Shown: piece after piece, positions 1-9,873 of the stretch
Position numbering within the stretch: position 1 is the first letter of the stretch
Layout: each line of letters starts with the position of its first letter
Assembly: GCA_963845095.1 (NCBI GenBank)
Contig: CAWJQM010000001.1
Location: forward strand, 83,881 to 147,880
Length of the DNA stretch: 64,000 nucleotides
From: an uncultured delta proteobacterium
GTDB taxonomy: Bacteria; Desulfobacterota; Syntrophia; Syntrophales; Smithellaceae
Reading direction: 5' to 3'
Notes under the pieces: model-generated
The model's database searches: none
What the model was told of the DNA's origin: nothing
What the model saw: the letters and a program-made list of their open reading frames with translations, nothing else
Made by a program: the position numbers and the translations under genes

Positions 1-1
1 G

Positions 2-1474
2 CAGAAAATCCGTCATTTTTTTCTGGGTGATCGGATCGCCGATTTGTACCGCAGTCACCGGCGAACCTTCGTGCAGCTCTTCGGACGAGAAGGTGGCTCC
101 ATGAATTCCGTCTTTCCCGATACGGCCTCCGGTCATAATGATGGCGTCGCCGGGACATATCTCTTTGTTATGGGTCGGCTTGCCGTTGAGTCTGGCGGGC
201 ATGATGCCGGCCGTGCCGCAATAGACCAGGGGCTTGCCCAGGAACCGGTCGTCAAAAACAATGCTGCCGTTCACCGTGGGAATGCCGCTCTTGTTTCCGC
301 CGTGTTCAACGCCTTCGCGCACGCCTTCGTAAATGCGGCGCGGGTGGAGAATCCGGGGCGGCAGCTTCTTTTTATAGAACGGGGAAGCAAAACAGAAGAC
401 ATCGGTATTGAAAATCAGCTTGGCGCCGATTCCGGTCCCGAAAGGATCGCGGTTAACTCCGACAATGCCGGTCAGCGCTCCGCCATAGGGATCAAGCGCC
501 GACGGAGAATTATGTGTTTCGACTTTAAAGACCAGATTATGATTTTCATTGAACCTGATTACTCCGGCGTTGTCGACAAACACGGATAGGCAGAAATCTT
601 TTTTGCCTTTAGTTTTCCGGATTTGGGCGGTGGAACCCTTGATATATGTTTTAAAAAGCGAGTCAATGGTGAGTTTTGCCCGGGAAGTCGTGTAAGTGAT
701 CCGGCTGTTAAATATTTTGTGCTTGCAATGCTCCGACCAGGTCTGGGCCAGGCATTCCAGTTCGACATCAGTGATGTTTTCGTCAAGCCCGATCTTCTTT
801 CTGGCACTGACGATCTGCGGCGTGCGAAAATACTGCTGCAGAGCCTTCATTTCTGCCAGATTAAGCGCCAGCAGCTTGTCCGCGCTGATCTGCATCAGCT
901 GACTGTCATTGAGGCCGGCCAGGTTTATTGTTTCCACTGCCGGTTTGTCTTCTCCCTGAACGTGGGGAATATAAGCAGGCAATCCGGACTGGAAGTTAAA
1001 GTCATTGCGGCCGACAATCTGCTGGCGTTCAATCAGTTCGTTGGATAAAAGCCCGGAGGTTACCTTTTCCACATCGGTCCGGGAAATTTTCCCGCTGATC
1101 AGATACTGACGGGAAGTATAAACATTTATTTTGCGTTGGCCGAGACTGTCGTGCAGCAGCAATTCAACCGCTTCGCGGGCGGTTTTACCGACGTTATCGG
1201 TGACGCCGGGCCGAAAACCAACCTCAATGAGCCAATCGAAATCAACGGCCAGCGGTTTGCCGACAGCATAGTGCTGGATAACAGGGTCGGACAGGGGACC
1301 TGCGGCGGCGAGGTTTAATTGAGCTTTGGTCAGCCCGCCTTCGATGGTGTAAACCTCGATGGTGGACACTTTTTCCACCGGCAGAGAAAAATTATCGCGA
1401 ATTCTTCTTTTGATTTTTTCGCCCAAAGCATCGCGAATGCCTTTTTTAAAGCCAACTTCAATTCTCTCCGCCAT
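2..1474 (-). CDS. purL: Phosphoribosylformylglycinamidine synthase, 5' part (runs off the window)
   Basis: Manual translation from ATG 1474 (not in ORF track): MAERIEVGFKKG...LAQTWSEHCKHKIF...FKVETHNSPSALDPYGGALTGIVGVNRD...GKDGIHGATFSS. Confidence 0.95.
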   Translation of the reverse strand, partial: MAERIEVGFKKGIRDALGEKIKRRIRDNFSLPVEKVSTIEVYTIEGGLTKAQLNLAAAGPLSDPVIQHYAVGKPLAVDFDWLIEVGFRPGVTDNVGKTAREAVELLLHDSLGQRKINVYTSRQYLISGKISRTDVEKVTSGLLSNELIERQQIVGRNDFNFQSGLPAYIPHVQGEDKPAVETINLAGLNDSQLMQISADKLLALNLAEMKALQQYFRTPQIVSARKKIGLDENITDVELECLAQTWSEHCKHKIFNSRITYTTSRAKLTIDSLFKTYIKGSTAQIRKTKGKKDFCLSVFVDNAGVIRFNENHNLVFKVETHNSPSALDPYGGALTGIVGVNRDPFGTGIGAKLIFNTDVFCFASPFYKKKLPPRILHPRRIYEGVREGVEHGGNKSGIPTVNGSIVFDDRFLGKPLVYCGTAGIMPARLNGKPTHNKEICPGDAIIMTGGRIGKDGIHGATFSSEELHEGSPVTAVQIGDPITQKKMTDFL

Positions 1475-1756
1475 GTTAACCCTTTAATTATCCGATATTT
1501 TGCCTGACACGCCGGGGCAGTCGAAGGGCTTATACCGAAAAGCAGCAAATTATGCAACTTGCAAATAATCAGCGTTCTTGAATATCACGAGACATCACCC
1601 GTTGGTCAATAATTGAGACTGACGCGCATTGCCTACATCTTCCTATCCTTATTGTGCAAACAAGATAAAGGCAAATCTGAATTGTGCTGGATACGTATAG
1701 CACCTGCTTATCAATAAAATTTGATCAGAGAGAATTTATTGATAACCATTTGAAAG

Positions 1757-1808
1757 GTACAACGAAGGAATCAGCCGGAGCGCAGCGATCGGCTGTATTG
1801 CTTTAGCA
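1757..1808 (-). mobile_element. Degenerate integron attC-like site
   Basis: Minus strand TGCTAAAgcaataCAGCCGatcgctgcgctcCGGCTGattccttcGTTGTAC; inner inverted repeat intact, cores imperfect; directly after the antitoxin stop. Confidence 0.55.
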
Positions 1809-1815
1809 TCTCAAT

Positions 1816-2040
1816 TCAAGATGCCTTTCCAAGACGCTCTGCTACCCAAACTTTAATAATAGATTGTCTGGGTACACCTAATCTCCTTGCTTCTTTATCC
1901 AGTAATTGAATCATCCAAACGGGAAAATCTACATTTACTCTTTTCTGTTCCTGTTCCGGTCGTCTTGCCTTTGATATATCAAGATGTTGGGAAATATCCC
2001 CGCCTTCATCAAATTCTTTGTCAAACTCACGAGCTTTCAT
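1816..2040 (-). CDS. BrnA-like (CopG/RHH) antitoxin
   Basis: MKAREFDKEFDEGGDISQHLD...KRVNVDFPVWMIQLLDKEARRLGVPRQSIIKVW; overlaps the upstream toxin. Confidence 0.85.
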   Translation of the reverse strand: MKAREFDKEFDEGGDISQHLDISKARRPEQEQKRVNVDFPVWMIQLLDKEARRLGVPRQSIIKVWVAERLGKAS

Positions 2041-2290
2041 ATATATCAATCTCCTCTTTTCTGGATCGTCGTACCGAAATAATTCTTATTTTTTCAGACC
2101 TATAAGTAATAATGCCTGACCAATCTTTCCCTGAAATATTGCCGATTACTAGAAATCTTGGTTCATCAGTGGTTTGGACGGGAATCTCCATTAAATCAGG
2201 ATCATTCCACATGGCTTGAGCTTCGTAAAAGTCAATCCCATGTTTTTCCTTATTGCTGTTACTTTTTATCGCGTCAAATTCAAATGTCAT
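2027..2290 (-). CDS. brnT: BrnT-family type II toxin
   Basis: MTFEFDAIKSNSNKEKHGIDF...IRIISVRRSRKEE, typical BrnT motifs. Confidence 0.9.
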   Translation of the reverse strand: MTFEFDAIKSNSNKEKHGIDFYEAQAMWNDPDLMEIPVQTTDEPRFLVIGNISGKDWSGIITYRSEKIRIISVRRSRKEEIDIYESS

Positions 2291-2327
2291 GGTATAATTA
2301 TTATACCTTTATAATACATAAAGTCAA
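2291..2327 (-). promoter_or_regulatory. sigma70 promoter and palindromic operator of brnTA
   Basis: Minus strand TTGACT(2327-2322)-16 nt-TATAAT(2305-2300), overlapped by near-palindrome GGTATAATTATTATACC (2291-2307). Confidence 0.75.
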
Positions 2328-2339
2328 TAATCATTTTGG

Positions 2340-2402
2340 TGCTAACGCAGCCATCACCCGGAGCGCGTTGTTGGCGCGATCGGGTGCCTGGCATGGTTAG
2401 CC
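2340..2402 (-). mobile_element. Integron attC site (63 bp)
   Basis: Minus strand GGCTAAC-catgccaggCACCCGatCGCGCcaacaacGCGCtcCGGGTGatggctgc-GTTAGCA: AAC/GTT cores and a long imperfect inverted repeat. Confidence 0.75.
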
Positions 2403-2785
2403 GTTCTTGCTTTTTGGATTCTTTCACTGAAATATGCCAGCAGAATAAACAGCATATTCGACACAAGCACCATCAAGGTTCTCAAGGCTTCATTGTTTTT
2501 CATAGTATCCGACTCCTTTCCAAAGATCATTCCTGTGAAACTTCCGATCAGCAGAAACAACATTAGAAAGGAAACCGCATTTCTATATCTGAGAATCAAC
2601 CATCCCAAAAGAACCAGAATGATCTCAAGTCCAAAAGACAGATAGGGATAATTCCATAGTCCCAGACCGGTTTTAATATGCCCGAAGAAAATGGAAAGGT
2701 CGGGAGTGTGAACAATAAAATCAATCACCCAATGCGAGAACACGCCCAAGGCTGCAATTAGAGCCCAAGACTTTCGTTTGATCAT
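2354..2785 (-). pseudogene. 5'-truncated membrane protein (metal-dependent hydrolase-like C-terminal half), cassette gene
   Basis: SHWVIDFIVHTPDL...GLGLWN motif sits at the very start, so the N-terminal part seems missing; ORF ends inside attC. Confidence 0.55.
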
Positions 2786-3124
2786 AATGAAAAGCAGATC
2801 AAAATAAATCTTCGATAATTTCGATCATTGTCCTATGCTCACTTTCAGAGGAAGCAGTTAATATTAAGCCCGCCGGAAAAATCGTGATCATAAATCTGCG
2901 TATTTCAAGCCGTTATCATTGATCCGTAAACGCCTTCACCCTCTCGCTTGGTATTTGAACTCTGATGTATCCCTTCATGGATAATCTTTGTTGAGAAAGT
3001 ACGCAGGCAAATTGGTATTTGTTTTTGTTTTGTTTTTCTTGACACTTTCATCTTTTGACCGCTATATTCAGCGAGTGTTTTAACCGTCACGAACTTTTCA
3101 GGATTTAAAGGAGGATTTGGTACT

Positions 3125-3760
3125 ATGAGACAATATATTAAATGGAGCAGCATAATTGCTATGGGCATCATCGGCTTATTTCTGACCGGATGCGCCTCCA
3201 GCATGAAAATAACCATGACCCAGGAAAAATATGCTCCGTCATTTAGGGCAAGTGATTACAGCCGTTACAAAGGCAAGAAACTGGCTATTTCCAGCTTTTA
3301 CAATCAGGCCCAAAACACCAAGGCATACAACTATTTCAGTGCTGATAAAAAATATATTTATGAAGGCAATGCCACGCTCGAAAATTATTATATGAGCTGT
3401 TTCCAGAAAGCCTTTCGTCATATCGGAGTCAGCCTCGTGGATTACACCTATGATAATGATAATCGCTACCATCATGGACCCCGTTACGGCTGGTGGGGCG
3501 CCCCGGGGCCCGGCGCCTTCAAGGCGCCCAGGGGTGTGGCCGAATTTCAATTTGTCCTGTTGTCGCTAACCGATCAGGAATTTAAATTTAAGGCGCTGCT
3601 GTTCAAAGACGGGGAAGCAAAATTCGACAAAGACTACACTGTGACAATGGCGGCGGCGGGAACCGATAATGCCGCCCAACTCGAAAAACGCGCTTATTCA
3701 CTGGTGGATCTGGCCTTTACGACCATTATGAAAGATCGCGATTTCCAGAAAGCTTTCTGA
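3125..3760 (+). CDS. Hypothetical lipoprotein
   Basis: Signal peptide with lipobox FLTGC; GGAGG RBS upstream. Confidence 0.8.
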   Translation: MRQYIKWSSIIAMGIIGLFLTGCASSMKITMTQEKYAPSFRASDYSRYKGKKLAISSFYNQAQNTKAYNYFSADKKYIYEGNATLENYYMSCFQKAFRHIGVSLVDYTYDNDNRYHHGPRYGWWGAPGPGAFKAPRGVAEFQFVLLSLTDQEFKFKALLFKDGEAKFDKDYTVTMAAAGTDNAAQLEKRAYSLVDLAFTTIMKDRDFQKAF

Positions 3761-3771
3761 AAAGATATCCG

Positions 3772-5103
3772 ATGGAGCTATTCTTCTACATCATCATTCT
3801 TCTGCTGATTGTCTTTGCCGGACTGCTGAGCTGGCAATTGAGGCATAACCCTGTTGATTTGACGCCTCTCGCCGCCCGGCTGGCCGCTCTGCAGGACGCG
3901 CAGGAAAGGACGGATCGCGCCGTCCGCGAGGAGATCGCCAATTTTCGCGCCGAAATCCAAAATCAATCCCATCAGGAAAGAGCGGAGTTGGCCGCATCGC
4001 TTACGTCCTTTGGTGATTCCATAGGCGCCCGCATGGCGGAAATCGCCGGTCTGCAGCGCAGTCAACTCGATGGTTTTGCCGCCCAGTTATCAGTGTTAAC
4101 CATAACTAACGAGCAAAAGATGGATGCGGTCCGTCTGGTTATCGATGAAAAGCTCAAACAGATCCAGGAGGATAATACCCGCCAGCTCGACCGGATGCGC
4201 GAAACCGTTGATGAAAAATTACAGGGTACGCTGGAAAAGAGGCTGGGTGAATCATTCAAGCAGGTTTCGGAGCGCCTCGAACTGGTGCATCAGGGCCTGG
4301 GCGATATGCGCAATCTGGCCGCCGGTGTCGGCGATTTAAAGAAGGTCCTCACCAATATCAAAACACGCGGGACCTGGGGCGAAGTGCAGCTCGGCGCCCT
4401 GCTGGCGGAAATTCTGGCGCCGGAACAATACGAAAAAAACGTCCGCATTTCGGAGCATTCCGGCGAGACCGTGGAATTTGCCATTAAACTGCCGGGCCAG
4501 GGCGAGCAAAGCGGCGATCATGTCCTGATCCCGGTAGACGCGAAATTTCCGGTGGAAGATTACTCCCGCCTGCTGGAAGCGCAGGAAAATGCCGATGCGG
4601 GAGCCGCCGATGAAGCAGCCAGATTTCTGGAGGCCAGAATCAAAAAAGAAGCGAAGGACATATTCAGCAAGTACATCTCTCCTCCCCGGACTACGGATTT
4701 CGGGATCATGTATCTGCCGTCCGAAGGTCTGTACGCCGAGGTAATTCGCCGCAGTGCTCTCGTGCAGATATTGCAGCGGGAATATCATGTCGTTGTTTCC
4801 GGCCCTTCGACTTTTGCCGCATTTTTAAATAGCCTGCAGATGGGCTTCCGCAGCCTCGCCATTGCGAAGCAATCCGGCGAAGTCTGGAAAGTCCTGGGTG
4901 AAGTAAAGAACGAATTGGACAAGTTCGGGCTCACCCTGGATGCCGTCCGCAAAAAACTGGAACAGGCAACCAATTCCATGGATGATGTGCAAAAGAAATC
5001 ACGCACTCTGCAAAGAAAACTGCGCTCCGTCCAGGTGCTTCCCGGCGGCTCTCCCGAGGCGTTGCCGGACGACAAAGCTCCTCTCGAATTGGATGATAAC
5101 TGA
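3772..5103 (+). CDS. rmuC: DNA recombination protein RmuC
   Basis: N-terminal TM, coiled coil, NIKTRGTWGEVQL, VDAKFP, MYLPSEGLYAE, LQMGFRSLAI. Confidence 0.95.
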   Translation: MELFFYIIILLLIVFAGLLSWQLRHNPVDLTPLAARLAALQDAQERTDRAVREEIANFRAEIQNQSHQERAELAASLTSFGDSIGARMAEIAGLQRSQLDGFAAQLSVLTITNEQKMDAVRLVIDEKLKQIQEDNTRQLDRMRETVDEKLQGTLEKRLGESFKQVSERLELVHQGLGDMRNLAAGVGDLKKVLTNIKTRGTWGEVQLGALLAEILAPEQYEKNVRISEHSGETVEFAIKLPGQGEQSGDHVLIPVDAKFPVEDYSRLLEAQENADAGAADEAARFLEARIKKEAKDIFSKYISPPRTTDFGIMYLPSEGLYAEVIRRSALVQILQREYHVVVSGPSTFAAFLNSLQMGFRSLAIAKQSGEVWKVLGEVKNELDKFGLTLDAVRKKLEQATNSMDDVQKKSRTLQRKLRSVQVLPGGSPEALPDDKAPLELDDN

Positions 5104-5199
5104 CAGCGGCCCAAGCACGGCCTTTGATGAGGACACTCCCTGCACGGAGTAAAGGGCCGGCATGATTTTGGCCTTCCATTCTTTCAGCCCTGTTTTCGA

Positions 5200-5228
5200 T
5201 TGACTTAAAAGGCCCCATGTCTTATACT
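5200..5228 (+). promoter_or_regulatory. sigma70 promoter of the TRAP operon
   Basis: TTGACT-17 nt-TATACT. Confidence 0.7.
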
Positions 5229-5286
5229 CCGGCCTTCAAAAATGCATGCTTTATCAATTTAACTTTAAAAAAGGAGCTCGAAAATT

Positions 5287-6282
5287 ATGATGAAACGCTG
5301 GACTGTTTTATTGTTTGCTTTCTTAGCAGTGGCGCTCGTCGCCTCACCTGTTCTGGCCAAAACAAGCTGGAACGCCAACTCCGTCTGGCCCCCCAAAAAT
5401 CACCAAAGTGTGGGCCTCAACGATTTTGCCGAAAAAGTTAAAAAAGCCACCAACGGCGAACTGGAAATTGTCGTGCACACGGGCGGCGCCCTGGGCTATA
5501 AGGGTCCCGAGCTGCTGAAGACCGTCCGCGACGGCCTCGTTCCCATTTCTGACATGCTCATCAGCGGTGTTGCCGGCGACGAAAAGATTTTTCAGATTGT
5601 GACTCTGCCCTTCCTGGTGCGTGACTTTAAGGAACTCCAGACCCTGCTCAGCATTTGCCGCCCCTATTTTGACAAGACTGCGGAACAAAAATGGAACCAG
5701 AAAATTCTTTATATCGCCCCCTGGCCCGGCGCCGGACTCTGGACCAAGAAGAAGATCACCTCCCTGGAGGAAATGAAAGGTCTCAAGACGCGAACCTATG
5801 ACAAAAACGGCGCCCTGGTCATGGAAGCCGTCGGCGCCACGCCTCATGCGCTGCCTTTCAGCGAGGTTTATACATCCCTCCAGACCGGTTTGATCGACTC
5901 CGTCATGACCTCCACGCCAACGGCTGTAGATGCCAAATTCTGGGAGGTCCTCAAATATTACGAGCCTTTCAACATTACCATCGCCACCAATATGGTGACG
6001 GTAAACCTCAAGTCATTTCAGAAACTCCCCAAAGACCAGCAGAAAGCTCTCCTGAAAATCGGCGGGGAAATGGAAAAAGAAATGTGGGCCAATGTCCCCA
6101 AACTCGATAAGGATCAGGAGGCCATCTCCAACAAAAACGGCATTGAAACCATTGCCCCCAGCAAAAAGCTGATTGCCGACCTGGAAAAGATCACGGAAAA
6201 CATCCGGGCGGAATGGCTGAAAACAGCCCCTCCCGAGGGCAAGAAAATTTACAGTGACTTCTTAAAAACAGTAAAGAGATAA
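5287..6282 (+). CDS. dctP: TRAP transporter substrate-binding protein
   Basis: Signal peptide, KGLKTR, LPFSEVYTSLQTGLID. Confidence 0.92.
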   Translation: MMKRWTVLLFAFLAVALVASPVLAKTSWNANSVWPPKNHQSVGLNDFAEKVKKATNGELEIVVHTGGALGYKGPELLKTVRDGLVPISDMLISGVAGDEKIFQIVTLPFLVRDFKELQTLLSICRPYFDKTAEQKWNQKILYIAPWPGAGLWTKKKITSLEEMKGLKTRTYDKNGALVMEAVGATPHALPFSEVYTSLQTGLIDSVMTSTPTAVDAKFWEVLKYYEPFNITIATNMVTVNLKSFQKLPKDQQKALLKIGGEMEKEMWANVPKLDKDQEAISNKNGIETIAPSKKLIADLEKITENIRAEWLKTAPPEGKKIYSDFLKTVKR

Positions 6283-6303
6283 AAAAGAAAACATCGTGAA
6301 AAG

Positions 6304-6342
6304 CGGGAATCCCCTCCTGCAAAGGTGGGGATTTTCGTTTTT
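6304..6342 (+). terminator. Stem-loop after dctP
   Basis: CGGGAATCCCC...GGGGATTTTCG followed by a T run. Confidence 0.6.
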
Positions 6343-6359
6343 GCAGACGGGAAACCATC

Positions 6360-6897
6360 ATGAAAAGATTCATTAATGCCATCGACGCTCTTTCGGGTAT
6401 CGGCGGCTGGCTGGCAGCCGGATTTATGTCCATCGCCTTGTTGCTGGCGCTGGCCGAAATTGCCACCCGGAGCTTTCCTGGGCCGGACTCTCTACATCGC
6501 CGACGAGTACTCCGGCTATCTCATGGCCCTGATGACATTAATCGGCCTGGCTTATACACTGCGGGAACGGGGGCATATCCGGATGATGTTTCTCGTCCAT
6601 GTGCTGAAGGGCCGGACAAAAACAATCTATAACATGATCTGTCTGGTGGTCGGATTTCTGTTCTGCCTCGCCTTCGTCTGGTTTACCTGGGATTTTTTCT
6701 GGGATTCGGTCGTGAATAAATCCCAGTCCATGCAGCTGTCGGAAACCTATCTGGCCATCCCCCAGTCCTTTTGCCTCTGGGCGGCATCCTCCTGGCCCTG
6801 CAGTTTCTGGCGGAATTCCTCAAAGGGGTGGCCGTGCTCCGCAAAAAAACAGAGGGACTGCGCATTCAGGAAGAAGCGGATGAACTCGGACGTTAGG
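6360..6897 (+). CDS. dctQ: TRAP small permease (frameshifted)
   Basis: Pieces MKRFINAIDALS... and ADEYSGYLM...LAYTLRERGHIRM; indels near 6475 and 6770. Confidence 0.85.
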
Positions 6898-6914
6898 AAA
6901 AGGAGAAATGATTA

Positions 6915-8219
6915 ATGCACGTTGATCTGGGACCGGCCTCGGCGGTCATTCTGGGCTTACTGCTGCTCTTTCTCGGCGGCTCCGTCTGGATCGGCATCGC
7001 GCTGTTTCTGGTGGGCATCGGCGGTTTTTTTGTTTTTACCGATGTATCCTTTGGCGCGATTCTCGCCAACATCGTCTGGAACAACACAAGCGGCTCCGCC
7101 ATGATGGCCCTGCCGTTCTTCATCTGGATGGGGGAAATCCTCTTCCGGAGCAGGATCTCGGAGAGCCTTTTCCGGGGGCTTTCTCCCTGGATGGACTCTA
7201 TTCCCGGGCGTCTCGTGCATGTCAATATCCTGGCCTGCACCTTTTTCGCAGCGGTCAGCGGCTCTTCGGCTGCGACTACGGCAACTGTCGGCAAGATCAC
7301 CGTTCCCGAACTGCAGAAGCGGGGCTACGACCATGACCTGTCCATAGGCTCCCTGGCGGGCGCCGGAACGCTGGGTTTCATGATTCCGCCGAGCATGATG
7401 ATGCTGGTTTACGGAATTATCGGGGACGTGAGCATCGGCAAACTCTTCATCGCCGGTTTCATCCCCGGTTTTATGATTGCTTTTCTGTTTTCCGCCTATA
7501 TCCTGATCCGCTGCCTCATCACACCCAGCCTGGCCCCCCGCGGTGAGGACCGCTACTCCTGGAAGGATCGCTTCCTGGCCCTTCCCGCAATCGCCCCGGT
7601 TGTAATCCTGGTGCTGTTTGTCCTGGGTAGCATCTATATGGGATGGTCCACGCCCACCGAGGCCGGCGCCATCGGCGTCCTGGGTGCGTTCTTTTTTGCC
7701 GCCCTGACACGCAGCCTGACCTGGGAAGTTTTTAAAGTCAGCCTGCTGGGTGCCGTCAAGACCAGTTGCATGATCATGCTGATTGTCATGGGTGCATCCT
7801 ATCTGTCGAATGTCATCGGTTACCTGGGCATCACCCGGGCGCTGACGGATTACGTCACCACCCTCGGCCTTTCACCATACGCTCTGATCATCATTCTTTC
7901 GATACTTTATCTGATCCTGGGCTGTCTGGTCGACGGTTTTTCCATGATCGTCATGACGGCGCCGGTGGTTATACCGCTCATCTCGGCGGCCAAATTCGAT
8001 CCTATATGGTTTGGCATTTACCTTGTTCTGATGATTGAACTGGCGCAGGTCACGCCGCCGGTGGGGTTCAACCTTTTTGTGATCAGCGGCCTGAATAATG
8101 ACAGTCTGGCGACGATTGCCAAGGCCGCTTTCCCGTTTTTCCTGCTTATGTTGCTGGCTACGTTCCTGATCACCGTTTTCCCGGAGATCGTCCTGTATCT
8201 GCCCAGCAAGATGAAATGA
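6915..8219 (+). CDS. dctM: TRAP large permease
   Basis: FAAVSGSSAAT, GTLGFMIPPS, TPTEAGA, TPPVGFNLFV. Confidence 0.95.
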   Translation: MHVDLGPASAVILGLLLLFLGGSVWIGIALFLVGIGGFFVFTDVSFGAILANIVWNNTSGSAMMALPFFIWMGEILFRSRISESLFRGLSPWMDSIPGRLVHVNILACTFFAAVSGSSAATTATVGKITVPELQKRGYDHDLSIGSLAGAGTLGFMIPPSMMMLVYGIIGDVSIGKLFIAGFIPGFMIAFLFSAYILIRCLITPSLAPRGEDRYSWKDRFLALPAIAPVVILVLFVLGSIYMGWSTPTEAGAIGVLGAFFFAALTRSLTWEVFKVSLLGAVKTSCMIMLIVMGASYLSNVIGYLGITRALTDYVTTLGLSPYALIIILSILYLILGCLVDGFSMIVMTAPVVIPLISAAKFDPIWFGIYLVLMIELAQVTPPVGFNLFVISGLNNDSLATIAKAAFPFFLLMLLATFLITVFPEIVLYLPSKMK

Positions 8220-9202
8220 TCTGCACTCCAGCCCTACCAGGCTTTCTTAGTACCCGCCGGACTACCTGCCTGATTGAGGCAATGCTTTTTTGCCGGCATT
8301 CCCAGAGGTGCTCTGCTTCGTCTGTTTCGATGAGCTCAAAAAGGACATAATCGCCCGGTTTCAGATGCGCCAGCCGATCCAGGTCTGCTCTGACCACCCT
8401 GGCGATCCGGGCATAGCCGCCGATTGTCCGTTCATAAAGCATGATGATGGGCAGGCCGTCCCCGGGAATCTGCACAGTACCGGGCAGGATGCCCTCGGAA
8501 ATAATGCTTTTATCAACTGCATCGCTAAACTGCAGCGGCCGGCCTTCCAGGCGGATGCCTGTCCGGTTAATGGTCGCCGATACATCATAGACTTTCCCGC
8601 TTTTCCCGTCTGCGAATTTTTTTTGGAAAGCCTCCGGAAAATAATGATATTCCGGTCCGGCGATAACACGCAGACGATGGGGAGATTTCATCGGGGGGAT
8701 TTCGTTGTCAGGAATCGCGCCCCACGGAACGCCATAAATGTTGTCGATGTCGATCCAGTCACCTCCGGCCAGTGCCCTGCCCTGATAACCGCCAAAACCG
8801 CACTCCAGATTGGTGGCAAAGCTTCCCGACAACGCGCTCCAGAACCATATGTCCGGCAAAACCGAGATAGTACCGGAAACCTTCTGTTATCTTCTGAACC
8901 GTCAAAATGTTGCCGGCTTCCGCCCTAAACGATGTCCAGGGGTTGAGCGGTTTGTCATCCAGTGATGCCCGAACCCGCGCCCCGGTCAGCGCACAAATCA
9001 TTTTCCGATGAAACCGGAGGGAAAATTGTTCGCCGATGATTTCCAGCGCCGGCGCATGGCCATCCTGGGCCAGCAGGCGATTTAGGGCGCCGTAGGCAAA
9101 GGCGTCCAGCGCGGCGGAAGGCGGCACACCTACGGCAGCGTGTCCATAGCGACCGCTGTCCACAATGCAGGTCATTGTTCCCGGATGAATGATTTCAATC
9201 AT
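8170..9202 (-). CDS. pxpC: 5-oxoprolinase subunit C (KipA-like), frameshift near 8820; 3' end uncertain
   Basis: DSGRYGHAAVGVPPSAALD; NRTGIRL, GTVQIPGDGLPII, TIGGYARIARV. Confidence 0.88.
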
Positions 9203-9873
9203 GGTGTTTGGACAAATTTGACCCTGTCGCCAATCTGCAGGAGACTGTAGGGTTCCTTCCCGGAATTAAATAAGGGGACATCGGTGCGGCCGATAATCCG
9301 CCAGCCGGCCGGTGATGCAAAGGGATAGACGCCGGTCTGACCCTGGGCGATGCCGACGGAGCCGGCAATAATTCGCGTCCGGGGAGTCTCCAGCCTGGGA
9401 ACATGGATACGCGAATCGAGTGTTCCCATGTAGGGGAAGCCCGGGATGAACCCCACGGCAAAAACAGTATAAAAGACATCGGCATGGATGGCGATGACTT
9501 CCTGCTCCGAAAGCCCGGTCTGCCGGCAGACGACTTTCATGTCCAGCGCGTCCGGTCCGCCGTAGTGCACGGGAATCTCATGCCGGACAGGATCAGGTGT
9601 GTTGCCGGGACGGAGCGCTTCGTCCTCTTTTTCCTGCAGCAGCGAAGACAGGCGGTCATAAGTTGTCCGCTCGGTGTTGAAGTGGATGAGACAAGACCGG
9701 AAACTGGGGATAAGGTCGATGATTTCCGGCAGCTCCAGGAATTTCATGTAAAAATAAAAATTCCTGACTTTTTCATGAACTTCCGGATCAATCTTTTCGC
9801 CAAAGATAATCCGGATGCCGTCTTCGCCAAACCGCGAAATATTCATCTGATCCGGTGTCGCGTCCATCGTCAT
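9199..9873 (-). CDS. pxpB: 5-oxoprolinase subunit B (KipI-like)
   Basis: IPVHYGG, GFIPGFPYMG, GSVGIA, SPAGWRIIGRT. Confidence 0.93.
   Translation of the reverse strand: MTMDATPDQMNISRFGEDGIRIIFGEKIDPEVHEKVRNFYFYMKFLELPEIIDLIPSFRSCLIHFNTERTTYDRLSSLLQEKEDEALRPGNTPDPVRHEIPVHYGGPDALDMKVVCRQTGLSEQEVIAIHADVFYTVFAVGFIPGFPYMGTLDSRIHVPRLETPRTRIIAGSVGIAQGQTGVYPFASPAGWRIIGRTDVPLFNSGKEPYSLLQIGDRVKFVQTP

Noticed and set aside
44..1557. ORFs listed in the track over the first 1.5 kb (and similar shadow ORFs throughout)
   Set aside because: They are antisense or off-frame shadows of purL and other clearly identified genes.
1669..1690. sigma54 promoter within the shared left-boundary motif
   Set aside because: The spacing between the GGCA/GCAC and TTGC elements is too long for a -24/-12 promoter in both copies.
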